Below are positions 1 through 10,142 of a stretch of DNA of 64,000 bases, piece by piece. A program made the position numbers and the translations under genes. The notes beneath the pieces are model-generated. The model saw only the letters and a program-made list of their open reading frames with translations, searched no databases and was not told the origin of the DNA. Within the stretch, counting starts at the first letter, position 1. Every line of letters begins with the position of its first letter. Origin of the DNA: Rebecca billardiae RCC1528 (Eukaryota; Protista; Haptophyta); the NCBI GenBank assembly GCA_965240325.2, contig OZ251223.1, positions 930,001 to 994,000 on the forward strand, given 5' to 3'.

Positions 1-325
1 ATAACGGCTGTAGTACGCCTCGCGGCAGCCGTGCCCGTGTGACCTGCTGGTGTGCCCCGAACTCCAGCCCACGCGGCCACGCGCGCTGGCGGCTGGGGCT
101 GACGCGCTGGGTCGAAACCGTCGTGCACGGGCCGTGGGGGCCGCCTGGATCAGCCCAGGGGGGGGCAGGGTGAGCAGTGGCGTACAGACTACAGCTCAAC
201 GGTCAGAATGTGAGGACTAATTGTTGAGACCTGTGTAGTTATCTCATGCATGACTACGGCCGGTTCGCGCCCTACGCGGCACTCCTGGTGCTCCGTGCTG
301 TGGGCGATGGCGCCATCGGCGATGC

Positions 326-730
326 TCACCCAGCGACGTAGTACGAGTACTCCTCGATATGGATGCGCTCGGGCGTGATCGTGATCGTCCCCTTGGCGGA
401 CGCCTCCGCGTCAATGTCCTTGTGGCTGTATTCAGAGCTCTTCTCCACGTACCATGTGTTCTCGCCCTTCTTCCCTGCGTGCGCGCTGTTGGTGCTCCAG
501 CGCGGACCGCCGGTGAACTCCGACTCGAACAGAGCCGTGATGATGTCCTTAGCGAGCTGCTCTGCAGACAGATTCCCCGCCAGGTACAGAGCGACCTTCT
601 CGCGCATGCCCGGAAGGCCGAGCAGATCAAACTCCTCGACGTTCTTGGGCGAGCTCTTGTCGTACTTGGAGGTGCGCGTGGTGAGCGGCATCGGTGGCGA
701 TGCAGCCGCATTGGCTGGTGCGTCGCCCAT
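326..730 (-). CDS. Small hypothetical (orphan) protein, ~134 aa
   Basis: ORF from ATG at 730 (MGDAPANAA...) with normal globular composition (K/E/S/T/Y-rich), unlike the Arg/Ala-rich shadow ORFs; GC3-biased codons; no recognisable domain. Confidence 0.55.
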   Translation of the reverse strand: MGDAPANAAASPPMPLTTRTSKYDKSSPKNVEEFDLLGLPGMREKVALYLAGNLSAEQLAKDIITALFESEFTGGPRWSTNSAHAGKKGENTWYVEKSSEYSHKDIDAEASAKGTITITPERIHIEEYSYYVAG

Positions 731-818
731 GCTGCTGCCGCGCACAGCCTAGCCCCGCAGGTCCAGCGACTCCAGCCCCGGCCGCGGACGCTGGCGGCCG
801 ACCGACCGACCAGGCGAC

Positions 819-1913
819 CAAGGGTGGTCAGGGTCGCCGACTCCAGTGGGCAGTGGCGTCCGGCGCCGGCCGCCGGAGCTTCACCTCCGATTTTTTGCAG
901 CGGCGCGGCGCGCGGGGCCGCCGCCGCTGTGGCGGGCCGCTCGGGGCGTGCACGGCGTGGGCTCGTGCGGCCGCTGCCGCGCACGCCGAGCGATCCGGCG
1001 CGGGCTCGCGGCTTGTCGATGGCCTCGCGCGCCGCAGCGCGACGCGCGCCTTGCCTAGCTTCGCCTGTCTCGCGCCTTGGCCGCCGTGCACGCGTGCGCC
1101 GCCAAACCGCAAGCTCGGCATAGCTCTCAGCCGAGCGTGCACGTGCCTTGCGCGACGCGACGCGGGCATTGCCGGCGGGTGATGTAGCCGTAGTGCGAGC
1201 GCGCGTCGTGAAGCCTCGGCGCGGATCGTGAGTGTCTTCAACGTCTCGGTCAGCTGTCGACAACAGCTGACGGCACCAACCACCAATGATGGACACCACG
1301 GTCCTCCGTTGAACGACTCTCAGGGCTATCGCGACGCTGCAACTCGTGAAGACTAGTCGGGCGTTGTTGTCAAGAAGACACACGCCACTATGTCATGCGT
1401 GCGGGCCTTGCGTGACGATGCGACATGGCGATCGCCCCGGCAAGAGAGTCAGTCGTCAAGCTTTCTGCTCAACGCACAGACGGTCCACGCGCGTACGCGG
1501 CATCGTCTCATTGCTCTCGATCCGCGCCGAGGCTTCACGACGCGCGCTCGCACTACGGCTACATCACCCGCCGGCAATGCCCGCGTCGCGTCGCGCAAGG
1601 CACGTGCACGCTCGGCTGAGAGCTATGCCGAGCTTGCGGTTTGGCGGCGCACGCGTGCACGGCGGCCAAGGCGCGAGACAGGCGAAGCTAGGCAAGGCGC
1701 GCGTCGCGCTGCGGCGCGCGAGGCCATCGACAAGCCGCGAGCCCGCGCCGGATCGCTCGGCGTGCGCGGCAGCGGCCGCACGAGCCCACGCCGTGCACGC
1801 CCCGAGCGGCCCGCCACAGCGGCGGCGGCCCCGCGCGCCGCGCCGCTGCAAAAAATCGGAGGTGAAGCTCCGGCGCCGGACGCCACTGGAGTCGGCGACC
1901 CTGACCACCCTTG
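819..1913. repeat. Long inverted repeat: arms 819-1228 and 1518-1913 (~400 bp, near-identical), ~290-bp unique spacer
   Basis: The reverse complement of 819-1228 matches 1518-1913 except for two 7-nt insertions in the left arm; the same peptide appears in opposite-strand ORFs 828..1286(-) and 1346..(+). Confidence 0.95.
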
Positions 1914-1972
1914 CTGACGCGAGGCGACCACGTCAAGTCGTCCACCGACCAGGGTGGGCATTCGGCACAACG

Positions 1973-3463
1973 ATGGCGTCCGCGGCCACCCAGACGGTCG
2001 TGCTCGTGGGGGGCTTCGGCGGCGTCGAGCGCTTCGACTACTGGCAGCTCGACCGACTGCACGCCGCATTCCCGTCGGCGCGCTTCCTGCCGGTGCACCC
2101 CGGGCCCTTCAGCTCGCACCACGACCGGGCGTGCGAGATCTTCTACGCGCTGGTCGGCGGCGCCGTCGACTACGGCGAGGCGCACGCGGCGCAGCACGGG
2201 CACGCGCGCTTCGGCCGCGCGTGCGCCGGCATGCTCGCCGAGTGGGACGCAGCGCACCCGATCGTGCTCGTCGGGCACTCCATGGGCGGCATCACCTGCC
2301 GCGTGCTTCAGCAGTACCTGGCCGAGCAACGGTTTGCGACACACCCCGCCACGGCCGCCGACTGGGTGTGCGCGCTGATCAGCCTGAGCGCGCCGCACAA
2401 CGGTGACCCCGTGGTGATCTCGCTCGGCTCCAGGGTGCCCCCGCCGTGCGTCCCCGCCGTCGACGCCGCGGCCGCGCTCGCGCCGGGCGCGAGCCTCGTT
2501 CGGCTCGGCTCGGTGGGCTGGGCCATCGGTGTGCTTCTCCACGCGCTGTGCGCGCTGGGCGGGGCAGCGTGGCTCGTGCTCGAGCACTGGCCGTTCGCGC
2601 CGCGCGCGGGCGGCACGGCGCGCGCGTGCGCCGCGCTCGCGTCCGCCCTGGCCAACCGCTCGCCCCTCGTGAGCCACAAGGACAACCTCGCGTTCGAGTG
2701 CTCGGAGCGCGCGATGGCGGCGTGGAACGCGCGGCTCAGCACTTTCCCTCGGACGGTCTACGCGTCGTTCGTCGCGGAGCGGCCGCTGGGCTGGGCGCTG
2801 GGCGCGCGCGCGCTCCCCGCGGGCATGCGCGCGGCCCTCGCCGGGCTCGCCGTCGTCGCGCGTGCGCTTGCGTGCGCGCTCAGCCGCGGCGCCGCCGTGC
2901 GGCGGGGCTCAGCACGCGGCGAGCCGCGGAGGGCCGGGGCGGCGGGGCGCACCGTCCAAGCGGCCGCAGCTGGTGGCGAGGACGGCGTGTGCCGCCTCTG
3001 CGCCGACGCGCTCGCCATCGCACCCACGCCCTCCTCGCGCGAGCCCCGTCGCGCCGCCGCGCCGCCGCACGGTGCAGCGCCCGCGCCCCCCAAGCTCTCC
3101 CACGTGCCGAGCGACGGCCTGCTCCGCTGCTCCTCGCAGTCCCACCCGAAGGGTGCGCCGGCGGCGTGGCTCGGCGGGACCGAGCGCGGGGCGCACTTCG
3201 CGAGCGCGGCGGACATGCGCGCGGCGGCGCGCGCGCTGCGCGTGAGCGCGGCGGCAAAGGCCAGCCCGGCAGAAGGCCGCCCGGCCGCATGCGCCCCGGC
3301 CGCGCGGTCACTCGGGCGGGCGGCCGTGCCCCGAGGCGTGTGGCTGGTGAGCAAGCTGTGCGACTGCGACCATGTCGGCGTCTTCCCGTTCGCCAAGCAC
3401 CCAGAGCTGCCGATCGCGTGGTTCGAGCTCATCTTTGCGATGCTGGGCTCGTGCGCAAATTAA
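1973..3463 (+). CDS. Alpha/beta-hydrolase, lipase resembling bacterial family I.5/I.6 and plant homologues
   Basis: GHSMGG nucleophile elbow; GPFSSHHDRACEIFYALVGGAVDYGEAHAAQHGHARFG signature block; SDG and DH motifs near the C-terminus; ATG at 1973; no intron needed. Confidence 0.85.
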   Translation: MASAATQTVVLVGGFGGVERFDYWQLDRLHAAFPSARFLPVHPGPFSSHHDRACEIFYALVGGAVDYGEAHAAQHGHARFGRACAGMLAEWDAAHPIVLVGHSMGGITCRVLQQYLAEQRFATHPATAADWVCALISLSAPHNGDPVVISLGSRVPPPCVPAVDAAAALAPGASLVRLGSVGWAIGVLLHALCALGGAAWLVLEHWPFAPRAGGTARACAALASALANRSPLVSHKDNLAFECSERAMAAWNARLSTFPRTVYASFVAERPLGWALGARALPAGMRAALAGLAVVARALACALSRGAAVRRGSARGEPRRAGAAGRTVQAAAAGGEDGVCRLCADALAIAPTPSSREPRRAAAPPHGAAPAPPKLSHVPSDGLLRCSSQSHPKGAPAAWLGGTERGAHFASAADMRAAARALRVSAAAKASPAEGRPAACAPAARSLGRAAVPRGVWLVSKLCDCDHVGVFPFAKHPELPIAWFELIFAMLGSCAN

Positions 3464-3880
3464 ATAATATATTTATAATTTATTAACGCGCGACGTGCAA
3501 CCGGCGGCAGGCGTCAGTCACGGATAGAGACTGTCACGGTTACCCGGTTTAGGTTACCGAGCAATCAGGCAATAAATAAATCAGCCTGATATTTATCAGC
3601 ATAAGCTGTAGCAGCAGATCGAGCAGCACCGTGACCGGGGACAAACCGACCAGGATCATCATCATCACCGATATCAGTAGCGCTCCTCGCCGTTTACGTC
3701 CCCGCCTGCCCTCGTAAGCAGACGTAAGCTAGACGCGCTAGCAGTACTAGTAGTTAGTCGTCGCCCACGTGTGACTGCTGGGGCCCACGTCACTGCTCCA
3801 TATCGCGGTGTAATAGTATATAGTTTGCGCGCGCCGTCAGACGCCGAGCGGCGGCGGAAATCCGGAATAAGAGAGCCGAT

Positions 3881-4056
3881 GAGAGAGAGAGCAGACGAGA
3901 CTATACAGCAGTATACTGCTAGTAGAGAGAGTCTCAGTCAGAGAGAGTGAGAGAGAGAGAGAGTGAGAGAGAGAGAGGCTAGAGAGTCAGAGAGAGAGAG
4001 AGAGAGAGACTGAGAGAGAGAGAGAGAGGGAGGGAGGGAGAGAGAGAGAGAGAGAG
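3881..4056. repeat. Degenerate (GA)n microsatellite
   Basis: Interrupted GAGAGA runs between convergent 3' ends. Confidence 0.9.
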
Positions 4057-4241
4057 ATCGCGAGACGACAAACTAGAAAGACTGGCTAACTATATACCGC
4101 GCAGCGGTCACTTCACTGGCACATCAGGCTCCGAGCTGCTGCTAGCAGCAGGCCGCACCGCGCGCCCTTGCCATCGTCACACCGCGGCCACACCGTTGGA
4201 GCGCGGCTCTGACCGCGCGCTGTGGGCGTCTTCGTGCCGCG

Positions 4242-6214
4242 TCAGCGCAGTTCCGTCGTCTCGTGTGCGCGCGTCGTCGTGTCGTCGGCCATCAGCCCGG
4301 CGTCATCGCCGTGGGGGACGACCATCGCCTCGCCGTCCTCGAGCAGCAGCATGTGCGCCACCATGTTGTGGAAGCGGTGGAGCGGCTCCTCGAACTTGAA
4401 CGAGTACGTCCCGCCCTCGTATACGCGCGCGTGCAGCCCCTCCGCCAGCGCCTCCACAATCTCCACGTCCTCGCTGTTCACGTTGTGGAAGAAGTCCCAC
4501 GTGGCGTCGAGCCGCGCGCGGAGCTCTGGCCGGTCGAGGACGGTCGGGTGGACGAGCAGGTCGGTGTGCTCGATCGTGCGCCCCGCGGCTGCGGCGGCGG
4601 CGGGGAGGCGGGCACGGTGGGCGCGCGAGCGCGTGAGCGCGCGCGTGCGCGCACACCCAAACGCGCACCCTCGCCCCGCGCGAGCGACCGCGCGCGCGAC
4701 CGCGCGCGCACAGACGGGCTCGAGGCGCACTGTGTACGTCGAATGTGGGTACGCGCTCCAGAAGATGTTGGGGAAGACGCCGTGGTGCTGCGCGCGCGTC
4801 GCGCCGCGCACGACGCCTGGCAGCGTGGGCAGCGCTGATGGGTCGACGGGGGTGCCTCCGTCCGTGAGCGGGTCGGTCACGAAGCCCATGTACATGCCCC
4901 ACCCCTGCTGCCGCTGGTGCTCGCCCACGCCCGACACGGTGCACAGCGCCGGGTGCACGGCCGGGAGGTGGTAGTACTCGAGGAAGTTCTCCATCAGCTG
5001 CTTCCAGTTCGCCGAGACGTCGAAGCGCGCCGAGCGGTACGGCACGAGCTCGTCCATCGGGTGCTCGTCCAGGTCCTCCACGACGCGCCCGAGGTAGCTC
5101 TGCAGCGGGGGCGCGTCGCCCGACAGGTTGACAAAGACCTGCCCGGCCCACGTGTCGACGCGCACGGGGAAGAGCGAGTGCTCTGCCTTCTTGAACGCGG
5201 CGTCCTCCGGGATGTCGAACGCCGCCCGCGTGCGCGCGTCCACCTTCGAGCCGTCCTCCCACATCGGCGTCGCCACCAGCCGGCCGTCGAGCGCGTAGCC
5301 CCAGCGGTGGTACGGACACACGATGGCAGGGTAGCGGCCGGCCGTGCGCACGAGCTTGGAGCCGCGGTGGCGGCACACGTTGTAGTACGCCTTGAGCTCG
5401 CCCTTCTTCGTGCGCGTCACGAAGATGGGCTGCGAGCCGACGCGCGTGGGGAACGTGTCTGCGCCACCGCGCGAGGGGGGGGCGCGCAGGGGTAGGGAGC
5501 GACGGGCGCGCGGCGCGGCGCGTGAGCTGCCGCGAGGCGCCGCTCGCGCGCGCGCGACACGCGCACACCGCCGGGCCTGGCAACCTGCGAGATGTGGCCG
5601 ACGCAGTACCACGCGCGCTCGAAAAGGCGCGTGTTCTCCAGCTGGAACGCCTCCTCCGACGTGTACAGCTCGCGGTGCAGCGTGCTCGCGGACGAGATTG
5701 GCCGCTGCGTCTGCGCAAGGAGCGCGCCGAGCGTGCTCTGGCCGATTGAGGCGTCGGCGGCGCGCCGCGTGGCGGCGTTGTGGGCGATCGTGCTCGCAAA
5801 GGCGTGCTCCAGTGCCGCGTCCAGCTCGTGCCCGCTCGGCAGCTCCGGATCCGCTGCCGGCGCAGTCGCCGCGGTTTGGTACGAGCGCGATTCGGCCGGC
5901 ACTTGCGCCGACGCCGAAGCCGCAGCGTCGGCGCCGGCGCCGTCGGCGAGTGTGGAGAGCGCGCGGGACAACAGAGAGTGCGTGCAGATGGGCGGGAACG
6001 AGACGATACGCCGGATCACTTGCGCCATGCACGCACGCGTGGCCGCCCGGCGCGACGGAGGACACGGGCGCGCTGGTTCGGGCTCCAAACGGGGAGTAGC
6101 GCGCCGGCGCGCGAGATAGTGGACGGCCTGAAGAGGCGCAAGGTTCGGCCTCGCAAAGCCGACGACTTCTTGATCAGGCGGAAGTGCCTGTTTCTGTTTG
6201 GAGGAGTCTGACAT
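4242..6214 (-). CDS. Rieske non-heme iron oxygenase of the choline monooxygenase / glycine-betaine demethylase (GbcA/Stc2/CntA-like) class; introns 5459-5568 and 4589-4711
   Basis: Rieske motif NVCRHRG-x-CPYHRWGY; mononuclear Fe site NWKQLMENFLEYYHLPAVHP...NSEDVEI; splicing the GT-AG introns restores VARPGDTFPTRVG and LEPVSAGRTIEH. The N-terminus (ATG 6214) is uncertain and may contain another intron. Confidence 0.88.
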
Positions 6215-6395
6215 GCCGGTTCGTGGAATGAGATTCTAAGGCCAACAAGTTCGATTCTCTCTTGATTCTCCCCATAGGCACTAATTGAGTAACTGCCTTG
6301 ATCATGAACAAACTACAGAGGTGGCGCTTCGTGAACAGAGCGGCCGGCCGGTCGCTCGACCCCACGCGGGAACGGCGCGACCAAAGCACCGAACC

Positions 6396-9300
6396 ATGGC
6401 CGGGCGGCGCGCGCTCGTGATTGGGGGTGGGATCTCGGGAGTGGCGGTATCGCGCTTCCTGGCGAGGGCTGGGTTGGGCGTCACGCTCCTCGAGAAGGGC
6501 CCGCAGCTCTGTGGCGGCGCGTACGCGCAACGTTCTCCCCGCTCATCCACGCGCGTGCGCGCGTACGCGCGCGCCCCCGCGCGCACCGAGCGCCAGCTGA
6601 TGTGCACCGTGCCCGCCCGCCACGCGCGCTCGTCGCAGGACGTGGCACGCAGCGGGCCTCGTCACGCGCTTCGGCGGCAGCCCGAAGCTCAAGAAGCTCC
6701 ACGTCCGCGCGGTGGACATGATGATGGCCGTGCACGAAGAACACGACGTGGACATGCACATCACCGGCTCGGTGCGCCTCATCGAGAAGGGCGACGCCGA
6801 CCGGCTTGCCGAGGCGAAGCACCACGTGGCGATGGCCTCGCTGTACGACAACCCAGCGTACCCGACCCGGCTGATCAGCGTCGACGAGATCGCCGAGCTC
6901 CACCCACTCGTCAGCACGGAGGGGATCGAGGTGCGTCGGCGCGAGCCCCGGGGCGCGCGCCGAGCCGTTGGCGCGCTCTCGCGGCGCGCAGCGGCGTAGC
7001 GGCGCGCGGCGCTGCCCTGCGCATCCCGCGATTGAGCTCGCTTCGCGCGCGCCGCTCCGCGCGCAGTGCGGGGTGTGGACCCCGTCCGACGGCGACGTCG
7101 ACCCAACCCGGCTGACCAACTGCCTCGCCTCGCTGGCCAAGGCCTCGGGCGCGCAGCTGCGTCTGGGCGTGGGCGTGGAGGGCGTGGTCAAGCGGCCGGA
7201 CGGCGCGTTCGAGGTGCGCACGGACACGGAGGAGGTGCTCGAGGCGGACATTGTGGTACGCCACGCCGCGCCGCGCCGGCCCGCGCGCCGCGCGCCGCGC
7301 GCACTCGCTCTGCTGCTCCGCTCACGCGCGCGCCCTTGGCTGCGCGCGCGTCCGGCGTGCGCGCGCGCTGCGGCCTCGGCCCCGGGCGCCGCACAGATCA
7401 ACTGCGCCGGCCTGTGGACGCGCAAGGTCGCGCGGATGCTCGGCATCGAGGTGCCCGCCGTGGTGATCGAGCACCAGTACGTGATCTCGGAGGCGATCCC
7501 GGCGATCCTCGAGCGGCAGGCAGCCGGGCTTCCGCGGCTGCCCGTGCTGCGCGACCTGCGCGCCTCGTCCTACATCCGGCAGGAGCGCGCGGGCCTGCTG
7601 GTCGGGCCGTACGAGGAGGAGTGCAAGATCACCGAGTGGGGCGACGCGCCGCCCGGCTGGTGGACGATGGACCTCTTCCCGGACGCGCTCGAGCGCATCG
7701 AGGAGAACCTCGTCGGCTGCTGCGAGGCGGTGCCGGCGCTCGGCGAGGTCGGGATCGCGTCGGTGGTGAACGGCCCGACGATCTGGGCGTCGGACGGTCT
7801 CGCGCGGGTCGGGCGCTCGACCGTGCCGGGTCTGTACGACCTGAATGTGCAGACGTACGGCATCGCGCAGTCGCTGCCGCTCGCGCACTGGCTCTCCGCC
7901 CTCATCGTCGACGGCGAGGAGCCGTACGCGCTGCCGGACCTGTGCGCGCTCCGCTTCGGCGGCGCCAGCCCGTGGACGCCAGAGCCGTACGTGCACGCCA
8001 AGGTGGCCGAGACGTACTCGTGCAACAACCGCGTCGCGTACCCGTTCGAGAACCGCTCGGCGGGGCGCGAGCACCTGCCGCGCACGCCGCTGCACGCGCA
8101 GCTCGAGAGCGCCGGCGCCGTCTTCGGCCTGGGCGCGGGCGGGGTGCAGTACCCGCTGTACTTCCGAGGGAGCGCCGGCGGCGGCGCAAGCGCGGGCGCG
8201 CGCGACGGCGCGAGCGGCGGCGGCGGCGGCGCGGCAGCGTCGGAGTGCCGCTCATTCTTCGATCACGCGTGGGCGCCGATCGCCGACGCCGAGGCGCAGC
8301 ACGTGCTCAGCGCCGTCGGCATCGCGCACGCCCCGTTCTCCAAGTTCGTCGTCTCCGGCGCCGGCGCGCGCGCGTGGCTCGACAGGCTCACGACCAACGC
8401 GCTGCCCGCCGTCGGCCGCACGCGGCTGACGTACGCTCTTACGCCGACCGGTCGGATCTGGGCAGAGTTCACGGCGGTCGGGCTCGAGGACGGCGGGTAC
8501 TACCTGATCGGCGCGCGCGACAGCGCGACTCTCGACCATGCGCGGCTCGCCGAGGCCCTCCCGCCCGACGGCTCCGTCTCCGTCATCGACCTGACCTCCG
8601 CGGTCGACGCCCTGCACATCGCCGGCCCGCACGCGCCCGCGCTGCTGAGCAGCCTCACCGCCGGCGAGGCGGAGGCGGTGCCGTTCCTCGGCATGCGCGA
8701 GATGCGCGTCCTCGGCGTGCCGACGCGGCTGCTCCGCGTCTCCTTCTCCGGCTGCCCCGGGTACGAGCTCCACGCCGACGCCGCGCACATCGCCGAGCTG
8801 CACGCCGCGATCGCCGCGCACCCGAGCGCGTTCGAGGCGCGCCTCAAGCCATTTGGCAGCTATGCGCTCAACGCGCTGCGCATCGAGAAAGGGTTCAAGC
8901 TCGGCGCGGACCTCGACTTTGCGCACTACACCGAGGCCGGGATCGGCCCGTTCGTCAAGCCGGGCAAGCCCGGCGGGCCCTTCGTCGGCGAGCTCGCGCC
9001 GGACGCCGCGCCGGTCGCGGCCAAGCGCGCGGCCGTGTTTGCGGTGCGCACCTCGGCCTCGGCCGCGTGGAGCGTGCCGTCGGACGCGCCCGTGCGCGAC
9101 GCGGCGGGCGAGCTCGTCGGGTACACGACCTCGGCGGCGCGCGGCGCGCAGACCGGGGGCACCGTGGCGCTCGGCTTCGTGCTCAGCCCGCCGCACGAGC
9201 CGCTCCCCACGAGCGACGGCTGGGCCGTCGAGGCCTACGGCGAGAGCTGGCCGGTGGAGCTGCTGGCAAAGCCACCGGTCGCGGTGAGCGGCCGCCCAGC

Positions 9301-9397
9301 GCCGAGCGCGCAAGCGCAGGCAGACGCGACCGCGGCGGTCGCGGCGGCGGCCGCAGCGGCCGTGCGGTCCGAGCGCGCCACGCAAGCTGCCGGATAG
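6396..9397 (+). CDS. Dimethylglycine dehydrogenase-like flavoprotein (DAO + FAO_M + GcvT + GcvT_C); introns 6521-6638, 6931-7066, 7256-7396
   Basis: GGGISG FAD motif; spliced GGATWHAAGL covalent-FAD histidine motif; DGDVDP, INCAGLW, EHQYVISE, LPVLRD..SYIRQE, RVSFSGCPGYELH, LRIEKG; GT-AG introns restore the frame. Confidence 0.9.
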
Positions 9398-10142
9398 CGG
9401 CTCCTACGCACACATCACACTCCCGACCGCCCTCCGAGCCCGAGCGGCCACGCACGCGCAGCAGAGCCTGGCTGATGAGCGCGTAGCATGAGCGCCGAGG
9501 CCAGTGGCGCATGCCGGGGGCAGTGGCTCTCATCCGTCACGGCCGTCACCGATCGTGCGCGCCCAGGCTGGCCCTGCGAGCGCGTGCAGAATAAATGGCG
9601 CGCGCCCTAGTCCTGGTAGAGGACTGAGCCTGCAGACCATCGTCCATTGCCATCCTGGCCGCGGCGAAAGCAAGCTACTCTGACAGGGCAGCCTGCGCAC
9701 GGCGGATGCCAGCACGGCGGCAGCCGAGCCGACGCTTGCATCGGTGAGCTCGTTCCGAGGATGGGTCTGAGGGCGACGGTCCTGCATTTCACCAGTTTGT
9801 GGCGAGAAATGGCGGAAAAGCCGAAAAGGCCGAATCTCGCCCTGGCACTGCGGGCGGAATCGCGGATCTTGCCCATCATTCGAGTTCAGGCTCACTTTAG
9901 GGACGTTTGGGGTTGGAAACGCCGGTTTGGCGCACCTTGCGCACGACGATTCCCTCCGGGCTCGGTGTATCTCTCGGCGCGCCCGAAAAGGCGCCCACCC
10001 CGGCGCGCACGGGCCAATCGGCACACGGGTTTCAGGACGGATGGTGCCCCTCCGAGAGCGCTCCGGCCGTGACCACCTGAAGACGGCCAAACAGGCGCAG
10101 GCTGACCGAGCGACCGACGCGGACGGGCTGCGCGCGGAGTCG

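Noticed and set aside
186-285. tRNA- or SINE-like A-box (CAGCTCAACGG) and partial B-box (GGTTCG)
   Set aside because: I could not fold a cloverleaf, and the B-box and stems are poor; tRNAscan-SE would be needed.
9927-10142. N-terminal extension of SARDH from the TTG at 9927
   Set aside because: Eukaryotic gene; the ATG at 10143 gives a plausible transit peptide, although the in-frame ATG at 10041 cannot be excluded.
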